A stretch of DNA of 64,000 bases from Felis catus (Eukaryota). The stretch is from NCBI RefSeq assembly GCF_018350175.1, contig NC_058371.1, positions 112,778,001 through 112,842,000 on the forward strand, read 5' to 3'. The notes under the pieces are model-generated. The model saw only the letters and a list, made by a program, of their open reading frames with translations, was not told the origin of the DNA and ran no database searches. Shown here piece by piece: positions 1-11,939 of the stretch (its first letter is position 1; each line of letters begins with the position of its first letter). The position numbers and the translations under genes were made by a program.

Positions 1-430
1 CCCCTAAGGTATTCTGATGTGAGGAAGCCTGTTCAATAACATTAGAAAACTGGGAGACAGAGGCTAGTATTGGCTTCAGAAAGGGATGTTAGAACATGCG
101 CTTGAAATTATAGCAGAGTAAGCATTTTTGTTAACAATGTTGATATTCCTCCCCTGACCTCTATTCCATCATTTTGTTTAAACCTGTCTTTTTAGGGCAA
201 AAAATTATGTAATCACAATCGAGAATATTGTGAATCCAGAGAAGGGAAATGGTCACATAGTTTTAATACTACAAAACAACAATCATAATTTTTTGTCTAA
301 TATCCTGGAGTATTTTTTCCAGATCATTTTGAAATTTTGAGGATAAAATCTTTTCTAAAGATTTAAGAGCCCTTCGTAGAGATAACTGGTTGTTGTAAAA
401 CTCACTGTATCTTTAAATTCCTTCATCTCT

Positions 431-640
431 GGGGTGTCTGGGTGCCTCAGTTGGTTAAGCATCCGACTTCAGCTCAGGTCAGGATCTCATGGTTGTGAGT
501 TTGAGCCTCGCGTCGCGCTCTGTGCTGACAGCTCAGAGCCTGGAGCCTGCTTTGGATTCTGTGTCTCCTTCTCTTTCTCTCTCTCTGTCTCTCTGTCTCT
601 CAAAAATAAACATTAAAAAAAATTGTTTAAGAAAAAAATA
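431..640 (+). mobile_element. CAN-SINE (SINEC)
   Basis: tRNA-derived head, (CT)n, AATAAA and A tail; TSD ATTCCTTCATCTC. Confidence 0.95.
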
Positions 641-1964
641 CATTCCTTCATCTCATTTTAGTATGAATGAGAAAATAAAGCAGTGGGAAATTTTTAAAAA
701 CAGCCTTTGTATTGAGAGAGAAAACAGATTCTTATTAGTGAAATTTGGGATGAATCAAATCGAGTCCCAGTTTCAAGCTCCCCATTTGCAGCAGACTGGA
801 CGAATTGTGTCGTACTTGATGATATTTTATTGTTGGAAGGCAAGAGGAATTTTCCAGTCCAAATTTCCCCTTTCTCAATCCAGTCCAAATTTGCAAGTCT
901 CTAGTTTAAGAAACATTACCTATTCCAGATCTGAATATGGAGACCTCCTGAGTCCATGGAGAAAGGAAAGGAGAGATACTTATGTCTGTGAATAACTCTT
1001 GTGAAGTTCATTGTCCAAGGTTACCTTGTACAACGAAAAAACAACAGTAGATATAACATGATGTCCAATTTTCAGATCAGAGAACTGAAGTGGAAAGAGT
1101 AAAATAGAAATAAATGGGCAAGCTCAAAATTTAACCCAAGGATTCTCCTGTCCCTTCCTTTTGTTGTTGTTGTTGTTGTTGTTTTAATTATAACACACTT
1201 TTTGTTTGCTCCACACAAAGGACCAAGTACCTATGTTTATACTGACTACCACAGGCCAAAAAGGATTTGTTTAGATATCACTTGAATTAAGGAAAAAAAG
1301 ATAAATTTGGACAATTAAATATATAATCGTCCCTAAACTGTTCAGTTCGTAAACTGCACCTCTTAATCTAAAATCCCAAGGACTGTTTCGTCATATATAT
1401 GGGTATATTTGAGTACTACTACCTTGTTCCAAGTAACAAATATTTCCTCAAAATAAACATAACAGATGTTTATGTTTAATAAAAAGATATTTGAGCAAGA
1501 AACGCCAAACATTAAAAAAAATTAAGACACATCTAGTGCCAACAAAACTCAAAATGGATATCTTTTCATTCCCTTTTCTCAAAATGACTCAGTTCATGAT
1601 AACTCACACTCCTGGGGTGCTGGGATTTGTAAAAGGGTTCCCCAACATAAATTTGAACTCAACATCACACTTATAATTTCTACCTAACTGTGCTAGCTTT
1701 TCTCAGGAGGTTATGTGTCTTTTTTTTTTCTTATGTGTTAAATGAATATACAAGGCAGTTCCTGTTTCAGCAAGATTGAAAATTGTTTGCAGTATGACCA
1801 CTTTCATCAATGGCTTTCCCCGACCCACTGGAGAAAATGATTTCACTGTCAGTGAAAGCAGCATCAGCCCTCCTCTTCATACCATGCAATCTTGCAGTCT
1901 TGTCTGGTTCTTACTGCTTTCAAACCATTTCCAACTTGCTGTAAACTTGCTCCCTTCACCTCAC

Positions 1965-2441
1965 TTGCAGTAGATGGCCTTATAGACCCCAAGTTTTCAC
2001 CCTTCCTTATATCCACACCTTTTGTCATGGAACTTGGCAGCTCCTCTTTCTACTGCAAAGTATATTTCTCTCCCACCTCCAACTTTTGGGACCGGCATGT
2101 GACTTGCTTAAGCTTATGCAGTTATTGATAGTGGATGAGACATGTCCAAAGGCATAAAAGCCATATGAATGATTAGGCTTGCTCTCTTACACCTCAAAGA
2201 GGAACATGCCTGGAATAGCCTACTGGTCTAGGGAGAGAAAGAGAAAGTCTCAAGGATGACTCCCAGCTCACCCCAGATGCAAGAGCAAGCCCAGCTGAGG
2301 CTTAACAGAACCGCCTACTTAAGCCCAGCCCAGATCAGCTGAACCCCAGCTGGCCCATAATAGAAGCTTACTGTTATATGCCACTGAAATTCTGTAGCTG
2401 TCAGTTACATAGCATATTTGTAGCTGTGTTTAACTGATATA
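1965..2441 (+). mobile_element. MLT1 (ERVL-MaLR) solo LTR
   Basis: Characteristic MLT1 motifs (ATATCCACACCTTTTGTCATG; CCCAGCCCAGATCAGCTGAACC; ending TAACTGATA). Confidence 0.7.
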
Positions 2442-2457
2442 TCACCCCTATACCCTT

Positions 2458-3470
2458 GTATTAGTTATCTATTGCTGTGTAACAAATTATCCCCAAACTT
2501 AATGGTTTAAAATGACAGTTATTATCTTATAATTTCTGTGATCAGAAATTTGAAGAGTCTTAGCTAGATGGTTCTGACTCAGAGTGTTTTGTGTGGTTGT
2601 CATCAAGATGTTGGCAGGGGCTACAGTTAAAAAAAAAAAAAGCTTAACTGGGGCTAGAAGACACAAGATGGAAAACTCACAAAGCTTTTGACAGGATGCC
2701 TCAGTTCCTCACATACTCAGTCAGTTGCCATGTACACCCTTTACACAGGCTGCCTGAATATCCTCAAGCATGGTACTTAACTCCTCCTCTCTGTGACAGA
2801 AAACACAAAGGAAGCCTCAATGCCCTTATAACCTTGTCTCCAAAACTGTATACTGTCACTTTTGCTTTACTATATTCATCAGAAGAGAGCCAAGAAGTCC
2901 GAATGCTATTCGAGAAGAGGAAAATTAAGCTCCATCTCTTAAAAAAGAAGAGTAGTTAAGACTTTGTAAACATCACTACAGAACGCATTCTGGGGGCGCC
3001 TGGGTGGCTCAGTCGGTCAAGCGCCCAACTTCGGCTTAGGTCATGATCTCACAGCTCATGAGTTCGAGCCACGCATCAGGGTCTGTGCTGACAGCTCAGA
3101 ATCTGGAGACTGGTTCGGATTCTGTGCCTCCTTCTCTTTCTTGCCCAACCCACTCGCATTCTGTCTCTCTCTCTCTCAAAAATAAACGTTAAAAACAAAT
3201 TAAAAAAAAAAAGAATACATTCTATACATTCCCCCTACATTTAAGATACACTCATTCCTTGCCAAGGCTTTCAAAAGTCTCATCCCATTATAACATGAGT
3301 GGAAGGTCTAGAATCTAATCATGGAAATTCAGTTTTAGTGTCCTGAGTACAGCTCTTGGAGTCTAGCTCCTCTTTACCCAAAGATCTGTGCACTAAAGAG
3401 ACCAGTTACCTGTTCCCATCTCTATGCCCAATATACAATGGTGAGACAGGCCTGGGAGAAAAACTATAAT
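2458..3470 (-). mobile_element. MLT1 LTR plus adjoining MaLR internal sequence, interrupted by a SINE
   Basis: Begins GTATTAGTTATCTATTGCTGTGTAACAAATTA (reversed MLT1 end); internal-like AAAAGTCTCATCCCATTA...AATATACAATGGTGAGACAGGC. Confidence 0.7.
2992..3212 (+). mobile_element. CAN-SINE (SINEC)
   Basis: Full length; TSD AGAACGCATTCT/AGAATACATTCT. Confidence 0.95.
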
Positions 3471-4013
3471 CATACTTAGATTTTCAAAAATATTCAAACA
3501 ATATACCTTTACAGTTTTTTTCTCATCAAATCTTTAGGAGAAGTATTATTCCTATTTAACAAAAGAGTAAATAGATTTACTAATTCATATTTAGTGACAA
3601 AAGGTAACCCCTAGTGAAAGGACAAAATGATCATAAAGGAAAATAAGTAATCAAGTCACTGGAAACTTGGGTAAAATTATTAGTTAATAAGATATCAGGA
3701 AAACCAGAATGCTTAGATTATAAAAGGCTTAATTAGTCTTATTATATCATCATTATTTAAAAGACTTTCCATATGAGCACCTGTGAGCTCTATTACCTGC
3801 TAGAACACTGTTTTTATGGTATAGAATTTCTGCTTGGAATTCTACTGAATTCAAGATTATCAACAGACCAGGTGTAATACCAAGTATCATATTTTTAAGT
3901 CATGTAGAAAGATACATCATAGTATATCCATTCACAGTACAAAAATTGTATGCAGGTAGAAAGGAATCAGAAAGGTACTTCTGAGCATTGAATTATATTA
4001 AATAGGTGCTTTA

Positions 4014-4228
4014 GGGGTGCCTGGGTGGCTCAGTCAGTTAAGAACCCGACTTTGGCTCAGGTCATGATATCATGGTTCGTGAGTTTGAGCCCCACATCAG
4101 ACTCTGTGCTGACAGCTCAGAGCCTGGAGCCTGCTTCTGATTCTGTGTCTCCCTCTCTCTCTGCTCCTCCCCAGCTCATGCTCTATCTCTCTGTCTCTCA
4201 AAAATAAATAAACATTAAAAAAAAATTT
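4014..4228 (+). mobile_element. CAN-SINE (SINEC)
   Basis: Full length; TSD AATAGGTGCTTTA. Confidence 0.95.
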
Positions 4229-4546
4229 TTAATAGGTGCTTTATTTACACTGGGAGATAAAAAGGCAGAATAGTATACATTTTACGTGGTTACAGTTCTC
4301 CAGGTACAGAAATCCTTCTGAATCATATACATAACATTGTACAAAGTCTGAATTGATAAAAACATATTACCAAGCCAAGTTATTCATAGAAATGGATCTT
4401 TCATGTAAGCCCCCAAAATGAAACAACCTCCTGTTTATTTCTTCATTGCTTTTGGAATTCTCTTTTTCTTTATGAATAGCAATTCTTGCATGTAATTTAA
4501 AATAACCAATCAAGTCCTCTATCTTCCCCCTCCACTCTGCTTGCAG

Positions 4547-4772
4547 ACCAGCATGGCCACCAGGACCATGACAACAAGAGACAGGGCAACATGAGAGAGT
4601 CTACTGTTGCCAGCACTGGATAGCTTACTGGTAGAAGAATTAATCCCTAAAGAGACTGAAATGGGTTTCAGGATGGCAAAAGAGGAGCTCCCAAGTACCT
4701 CCAAGGACTTGTAGGAGCTGCAGAGGAAGCTATCTTTGTTTATAGAGTCCATCTAATAACTCAAAGGTCAGT
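4547..4772 (+). pseudogene. LDAF1: Disabled isolated copy of the LDAF1/TMEM159 (promethin) first coding exon
   Basis: ATG at 4673 translates MAKEELPSTSKDL*ELQRKLSLFIESI-(frameshift)-NNSK. This matches the recalled human N-terminus [32 protein letters not shown] at about 22/32 residues. In-frame TAG at 4712-4714; 2-nt loss at ~4754; ends AAG|GTCAGT at 4766/4767. No later LDAF1 exon seen in the window. Confidence 0.8.
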
Positions 4773-4784
4773 TTCCAATCCAGA

Positions 4785-5046
4785 CATAAAATGAAAAATC
4801 CCAAAATAACACTAACTTAAACACCATAGCATGTTATTTCTCTCTCAAGCAGAAGAAATTTGGAGGTAGGTCAGGAATCTTTCTAGTTCATCTCCCTGCC
4901 ATGTCTAAATTGTGACCTTCCAACTCATTGTCCAAGGTGGCTATTAGAGCATCAGCCATTGAATCCATATTCCAAGTAATAGGTTGGGGGAGGGAGGGGG
5001 AGAAAGACTTTCAAATCACCTCTGATTTAAGGAGACTTGTTGGAAG

Positions 5047-5082
<36 letters not shown>

Positions 5083-5110
5083 CCCTTCCAATTGTATCTC
5101 ATCGATCAAA
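4785..5110 (-). mobile_element. Old MLT1 LTR (MLT1J/K-like)
   Basis: AAATCCCAAAATAACACTAACTTAAAC...TTATTTCTCTCTCAAG...TTGGAGGTAGG; contains a (CA)n insertion. Confidence 0.55.
5048..5079. repeat. (CA)n microsatellite
   Basis: About 16 CA units. Confidence 0.95.
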
Positions 5111-5274
5111 ATTTAGTCTCATGACTACCCAACAAATGCCATACTTGAGATGGATAGAGAGGTGACTCTCAGACTGTATCACAGATATCATCTTTTTTTT
5201 TTTTACTTTATTGTTAATTTTGACCTGTTGTCTTGAAAATAAGGGCTAAATACTACTTTAAGATTTGAGAATTG

Positions 5275-5457
5275 TTGAGGGTTGCTGGCTGGGTGTTGGG
5301 TGTGGAGATGGGTAAATAAATGGGAGATGGGCATTAAGGAAGGCACTTGTTGGGATGAGCACTGGATGTTATTGTAAGTGATAAATCACTAAATTCTATT
5401 TCTGAAATCATTATTACACTATATGTTACACTAACTTGGATTTAAAAGAAGAAAAAG
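5275..5457 (+). mobile_element. L1 3' end fragment (carnivore type)
   Basis: GATGGGCATTAAGGAAGGCACTTGTTGGGATGAGCACTGG...CTATATGTTA followed by an A-rich tail. Confidence 0.85.
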
Positions 5458-5487
5458 ATTTAAGTATTGTATTCCACTAGAAATCCA

Positions 5488-5660
5488 GTGTCCAATAGAA
5501 ATGTGGTATCAGCCACATATGTAATTTAAGCCTTTGTAGTAGCCACATTTAAAAAGTAAAAAGAAACAAGTGAAAATAATTTTAATAATGTATTTTATTG
5601 AGCCTAATACAACTAGAATATTTCAATATGTAATCACTATTAAAAATTCTTAACTAAAAT
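5488..5660 (+). mobile_element. MER33-like hAT-Charlie DNA transposon fossil
   Basis: GTCCAATAGAAAT...AGCCACATATGTAATTT...TAGTAGCCACATT...AAAAGAAACA. Confidence 0.8.
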
Positions 5661-6066
5661 AAAATAGCCTATAATGCCTAAAACCAGCTTAGTGAAAGTT
5701 AACATAATGATAACTAGGAAAAAATGTTTGTAGTATATATGACCAAAAAGTGGTTAATACTCAATACATAATGATCTCCTCTATAAAAAAGGAAAAAAAA
5801 TACAAGTTCAAAAGTCCACAATATTGTTTCCATTTCAGTGGTTTCATTTTTTTTTTTTTTGTCTCACATAAGGGTTCCTTTCTATCCATCCCACTAACCC
5901 ATCAATCCATCCATTCATTCATCCATTTATCCATGTATTTTTTCAACAAATAATCTTCATCTGTAGAATGCCTATCTAAACTTCAATACGGTAAGAGATG
6001 CTATTGTTGCCCCATCTACATCCCTTGGAATCTGTGACTATCAAAACAAAGAAGTATGCCTATCTT

Positions 6067-6262
6067 GGGGTGCCCAGGTGGCTCAGTCGGCTGAGTGAAT
6101 GATCCTTGATTTCTGCTCAGGTCATGATCTCATGGTTTGCAAGATGGAGCATCGCGTGAGATGGGATTCTCTCTCTCCTGCTGTCTCTGCCCCTCTCCCA
6201 CTTGTGCTCTCTCTCTCAAAAATAAGTAAATAAATAAATAAACAAATGAATAATAAATTTTT
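6067..6262 (+). mobile_element. CAN-SINE (older SINEC)
   Basis: Diverged head and tail; TSD about AAGTATGCCYATCTT. Confidence 0.9.
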
Positions 6263-6804
6263 AACAAATAAGTATGCCCATCTTGAGGGGAAGGCCAGAA
6301 GTACTGATGAGTTGATACCTCTGGAAGCAACCCTTAATCAACAGTGAACAATTGGGAATGAATACCACAAGTCTTCATTCCCTAGATGGGACAACTGGGA
6401 GGTACACAGTTCACTGTTTCCCAGTGGTCACTTGTGGGACTGAACCCTAACTGCTCCTTATATACATTGGCTTCCTTCCATTCCCTGACTCGTTTCCCAT
6501 TCCCCTACCAGTGCTTCCTAAAATTACTTCTCAGCTCCTTCTTTCAGTCAGCTTTTGGGAGACCCCAGCCTAAGAAAAAGTCTAACTTAAACTTGTCCTC
6601 CACAAATGAGGAATTGCTCTCCCATTTGTGTTCTCATAGCACATTTCATTTGGTGTTATATTTTAAAGGTTCTTATCTCTCTTCATTTTAGATTGTAAAT
6701 TTCTTGAGAACAAGAATCTTGTTTACTTATTGTCTCCCTCACATTGAATAGCAGGTACATTTTCCTATAAAATTTATCTTTTGATTCTTCTTTTAAAGTT
6801 AAAA

Positions 6805-7028
6805 AAATTTTTTTTAATGCTTATTTATTTTGGGGAGAGAGAGACAGAGAGACAGAGACAGAGCATGAATGGGGGAGGGGCAGAGACAGAGGGAGAGAGA
6901 GAATTCAAAACAGGCTCCAGGCTCTCAGCTGTCAGCACAGAGCCCAATGTAGAGCTCGAATTCAAGAGCCTCAAGATCATTACCTGAGCTGAAGTTGGAG
7001 GCTTAACCAACTGAGCCACTCAAGTGCC
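6805..7028 (-). mobile_element. CAN-SINE (SINEC)
   Basis: Reverse-complement consensus. Confidence 0.95.
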
Positions 7029-7044
7029 TTCTTTTTTTTTTTAA

Positions 7045-7245
7045 GTTTTTATTTAAATTCCAGTGAGTTAATATACAGTATGTAATATTAGCTTCAGGTA
7101 TACAATGTAATGATTTAACACTTGCATACAACACTTGGTGCTCATCACCACAAGTGCATTCCTTAATCCCCATCACTTATTTCACCCATCCCTCCAACCA
7201 CCTCCCCTGTAGATAACCATTAATTTGTTCTCTATAGTTAAGTTT
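7045..7245 (-). mobile_element. L1 3' end fragment (carnivore type)
   Basis: Reverse complement of the L1 terminus (GTGCTCATCACCACAAGTGCATTCCTTAATCCCCATCAC). Confidence 0.85.
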
Positions 7246-7388
7246 TTTTATTTCTTTTAGATTCCTTCCATATTGTTTTTTTTTAATTATTTAGTCAACA
7301 TTGTCCTTTTTCCTCGAACATATTCTTCTTTGTCTTGTTCTCATGAAAGTATATTTATTGAGTATTCTTTGGAAGCCTAATATATAAT

Positions 7389-7782
7389 TGTTAGGGGAGG
7401 TCATTGAGAAGACTTGACTACCAGTTATCCAGTGAGATGGACCCTGGCAATCAGAGGCACCTCACCCCCTCTCTCCTGTCCTTGGAATGTGTGTATTGTT
7501 TGTCTTTCTCACTCCCAGAGGCTGCTCCAAGGACATAGTTTTGAGATAAGGATGTGGTTGTTGAGACCACCTAGACACTATATGTGACTGAACCCAGTTA
7601 AATACTGTATGTGAACTTTTAAGATTTGGTGGTTGGGGGTGGTGTGTAGAGATCTGTTCATCTTGCTATGCCCAAGATACCCCTTGAATATGAGTGGCTT
7701 GCCACTTCAGTCTCTCCCTGCCCCCTGAATTTGAGGGCCAGTTTCAGAATACACCTGAAACCAAGGAGCTGACAAACCAACA
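7389..7782 (+). mobile_element. ERV solo LTR (family not named)
   Basis: TG...CA termini; perfect 5-bp TSD ATAAT (7384-7388 and 7783-7787); similar to the LTR at 43099. Confidence 0.8.
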
Positions 7783-8162
7783 ATAATCATATTTTGTGTC
7801 TTTACTATGGACACTTGTTTCCTCTAGTTTTATTATCTATCAAGCAAATCTACTTTACTTAAATAGTATTTAGGTATTTTATATCCTTACTTTTTGTCTG
7901 GTTGTTATATTTTGAACTGACAGGGGTTACTAATGCCTATTACCATTAACATGTTTCTGTCTAGTTCCCTTTCTTTCTCATGATCTTCGCTTAATGAACA
8001 TTGTGATTATCCTATTATGTGTCTAGATATTCACAATTTCTATATCTTCATTCAACTCTTTAACATTATAAAGTACATACTTATCTCTTAATTTCAATTA
8101 TATTTTGCTCAATGCCTCTATTCTTTTGTTCACATGAGTCTGTTAGAATGGTATGCATTCTT

Positions 8163-8387
8163 TCATTTTTTTTTTAAATTTTTTTTTTCAACGTTTATTT
8201 ATTTTTGGGACAGAGAGAGAGCATGAACGGGGGAGGGGCAGAGAGAGAGGGAGACACAGAATCGGAAACAGGCTCCACGCTCTGAGCCATCAGCACAGAG
8301 CCCGACGCGGGGCTCGAACTCACAGACCGCGAGATCGTGACCTGGCTGAAGTCGGACGCTTAACCAACTGCGCCACCCAGGCGCCCC
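8163..8387 (-). mobile_element. CAN-SINE, young felid subfamily
   Basis: CpG-rich, near consensus; TSD CATTCTTTC. Confidence 0.95.
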
Positions 8388-8736
8388 ACATTCTTTCGTT
8401 TTTAACCTTCCTCAATTACTTTGTTATAGGTATATTCATTGTACACAGCATTCAGCTGGGTTTGATTTTGTGATCCAATCCATTATTAAGTTCTATGAAT
8501 TTATTGTTATAACTTCCTAATGAATTGAGTCTTTTATTGTTATGAAATATCCTCCTTTATTTTTGACAATACAATTTGTCTTGAAGTCTGTCATAGCCAA
8601 TATTAATATAGCCATTCCATCTTTTGTACACTGACTGTCTGAATGATATACCTCTTCCATGCATTTATTTTAGCCTATCAATGTCTTTATACTTACAGTG
8701 CATCTGCAATAAACAGCTTACAGTTGGGTCCTGCTT

Positions 8737-8960
8737 TGTTTTTTGTTTGTTTGTTTTGTTTTGTTTTTTAAGATTTTTTGTTTATTTTGAAAGAGAGAGA
8801 GAACCCCAAGCAGGCTCCACACCGCACCAGCCTAGTGCAGTCTGCACTGCACTGCACCACACCCCCACAAGGCAGCGTTCAAATTCAGGAACTGTGAGAT
8901 CATGACTTGAGTCTAAACCAAGAGCTGGATGCTTAACTGACTGAGCCACCCAGGCTCCCC
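8737..8960 (-). mobile_element. CAN-SINE with an atypical internal segment
   Basis: SINEC ends intact; (CTGCA)n-like insert at ~8820-8870. Confidence 0.9.
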
Positions 8961-9026
8961 TGTTTTGTAATTTATTTGGAAAATCTCTGCTTTTTAATTG
9001 GAGTGGAGGGTTTTTTTTTCCCATTG

Positions 9027-9216
9027 TTTTTTTTTTTTAAGTTTATTTATTTATTTTGAAGGGGAAAAGGGCAGAGAGAGAGGAAGAGAGAAATCCCAAG
9101 CAGGCTTTGTGCTGACAGAACATGCAGAGCCCAACGTGGATCTCAAACCCATGTGTCCTGAGATCATGACCTGAGCCAAAACCAAGACTCCACCAAATGA
9201 ACCACCCAGGCACCCC
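9027..9216 (-). mobile_element. CAN-SINE (SINEC)
   Basis: Reverse-complement consensus. Confidence 0.9.
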
Positions 9217-9387
9217 TATTTGGAGTGGTTTGATTGTAAGCATTTAATATAAATATCAGCATGGTTAAGTTTAGATAGACCATTTTTACTGTTTTCTGTT
9301 TTTCCCCTCTAGTTTCATTTGTTGGTTTATTTTTCTGTTTCATGTTTCCTGCCTTCTTTTGAATTATTTGATTTTTTTAATATTTTA

Positions 9388-9597
9388 GGGGCGCCTAGGT
9401 GGCTCAGTTAAGAATTGGACTTCGGCTCAGGTCATGATCTCACAGTTTGTGGGTTTGAGCCCCCGGAAGGGCTCTGTACTGACACCTTGGAGCCTGAAGC
9501 CTGCTTTTGATTCTCTGCCACCCTCTTTCTCTCCCCTCCTGGTGCCCTGTCTCTCTCTCTTTCAAAAATAAATAAATACATATTTTTTTTAATTTTT
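9388..9597 (+). mobile_element. CAN-SINE (SINEC)
   Basis: Full length. Confidence 0.95.
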
Positions 9598-11206
9598 AGA
9601 ATATTTTAATCTATCTATGCACTTGTAAACTGTATCTGTGTGTGTTAATTTTTAGTGATTATGGTAAGGATTACAATATACATCCTTAACATTTTTGCAG
9701 TTGATCTAGAGCTAAAATTGTAGCACTTGATGTAAAATGTAGAGACCTTACAACCTTGGAGATCCATTTACTGTTCACTAGCCTTTACTCCATAGCTGTG
9801 ATATGTATAACATCTGCATGCATTATAAACCATACATGACAATGGTATAATTTTTGGTTTAAGTACTAATATATATTTTAAGAAATTGAGGGGAAAATAT
9901 TGTACATTTATTCAGATTTTTATGATTTATGCTTTTTCTCATAAAACAGGTCTGGAAGAAAGTAGTAGTACCAGAGTTGGTTCAATGGCCCAAGAAAATC
10001 ATCAAAGACTAGAGTTTTTTATTTTTTTTCTTCAATCATACTATCCACATCAGATTGGTTTGGACCACAGGCTTGTCCCTTCATGCACACATCAGAAGTG
10101 ACAAATTTGAGGAATCATCCCTTGTAGATCTATCAACATCCAGCTGAAGACTGAGAGTGTTTCATTCAATACTTTCCAAGACCCATGACCATGCCTTTGA
10201 ATTAAGAATCCTAAGAAAATATCTGTCAGTGTATTTTAATCCTCTATTATGGGAGGCAGTCTCTTTAATAAAGAGATAAGGAAGAAAAATGGCTGCCAGG
10301 TAGGAAATCAATGTCTCCTACCATTCCTTCTTACATCTCTTTATTGGTAGTGGCTGCTAAGAGTGCTGTAGTTAGGACTGAAGACTCAATTTAGAAGAAT
10401 TGAAAACTGATCAATATGCAATATCTGCCATGCATATGGGAAAGAAGAATGCTGGGGGTGTTTTCTTCCATTGACCTAAAATGTGTCACTTAATCCTGGA
10501 ACGATGATCTTTAACACTACATTGCGAAGCCCTCACTGCTTTAGAAATCCGCTCTCTGAATTGAAATTCTAGTTTTAGTATACACCATTATTTAAGATGC
10601 CCACCTGCCTCTAGAACTCCTGCTTTGTGTTGATGGTTGGCTTTCATACCCAACTTTAGGCTCAACTAGATACAAACTCCATATTACTCATTATGGAATC
10701 TAAGAAGAGCCAGTCTTACCTGAACTGAACTAGCATCTCAGTATAAATCTACATACAATTGACCCAGCCCCCATCCAGTCCCCAAACTCCAGCATATTGC
10801 CCAAAGCATAAAACTTAGCATAAAGGAATTAATCATTAAAGATGACGCTTCTGGCAATGTTAAGGAAGATCATTCATGGTAGCGAAAACTTCCTGGAGAT
10901 CCTCAAATTACTTTGCATACTTCAAAACCAATGCTGATTAAGACCAGATTTGAAACTCTGCCGCTGTTTATTAAACTACATAATATTTTTAATATTACTG
11001 GGTCAAGGGCATACTACAGGTGTGATCCAGGAATGGAGATACAGGAGTCAAGTCATTGCCATTACTGTTATTTCCTCTGCCACAAAGGCGTGTACACCCA
11101 GGAAGCAGAAGAATCGACACTAGAAAATTGTTGCAGAAAAACCTGCTAGCTGTAAGAAGAAATCCAAAAAGGGCAAGAAGATGGTCTAGAGCTACCTTTT
11201 CAATAA

Positions 11207-11939
11207 TGTGATTCATTAAAAAAAAAGTTATAATAAGAAATATATGGATTTTATCCTCATTCCTGGCACAGAGCTCCTAAAACCCCTGCTTTTCCACAAT
11301 GATAAAGATGATAAAGGTACCATTTATTATTCATACGAAGCCCCTTTCAATCACACCTGAGTTTATATTAATGAGGTGACTTTTGGATAGCCTCTGGACA
11401 AGTGCTGGTTGCCAGGGGAACCAATCAAGTGATTAGAATGTTGGAATTTTCAGCTCCCCACTCCCCACCCTCTGAGAAGCTCCACACCATTCCCTCATAC
11501 CTTCCCGCTTCCATTTCTTCCATCTGGAAGAGTTCCTGAGTTGAATCCTTTATAACAAACTAGTAATCTAGTAAGTAAACTACTCTCTTCAGTTCTATGA
11601 GCCACTGCAGCATGTTATTGAACCCAAGGAGGGGCTTGTGGGAGCCTCCAATGTGCAGCTGGTAGGCTGGAAGCACCTGGATAATAACCTGGATTTAAGA
11701 TTGGCACCTGAATTGGGGGGTGGAGGGAGGTGCGGAGTCTTGTATGACTGAATTCTTCCTTCACCTGTGGGGTCTGATGCTATGTCCAGGTGGATGGTGT
11801 CAAAATTGAGTTAAATTGTAGAAAGTGCGGTCGATGTCTACACAGAATGGGAAAATTGCTTATTGTGGGAAAACTCACCCAGATGGTATGAGACATTGAA
11901 AGTAAAGTGTAGAGTAGGGAGAAACAGTTTTTCTGTACA
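11207..11939 (+). mobile_element. MER21-like (ERVL) solo LTR
   Basis: TGTGAT...TTATAATAAGAAATATAT...CCTGGCACAGAGCTCCTAAAACCC, the recalled MER21 start. Confidence 0.8.

Larger units (their letters stand above)
7790..9950 (-). mobile_element. Old L1M-type fragments interrupted by four SINEs
   Basis: T-rich decayed L1 motifs (e.g. TTGTTATGAAATATCCTCCTTTAT, TAAGGATTACAATATACATCCTTAAC). Confidence 0.6.

Noticed and set aside
489-995. 168-aa ORF
   Set aside because: Begins inside a SINE and reads through its tail into unique DNA; no homology recognised.
4519-4752. 77-aa - strand ORF
   Set aside because: Antisense shadow of the LDAF1 pseudo-exon.
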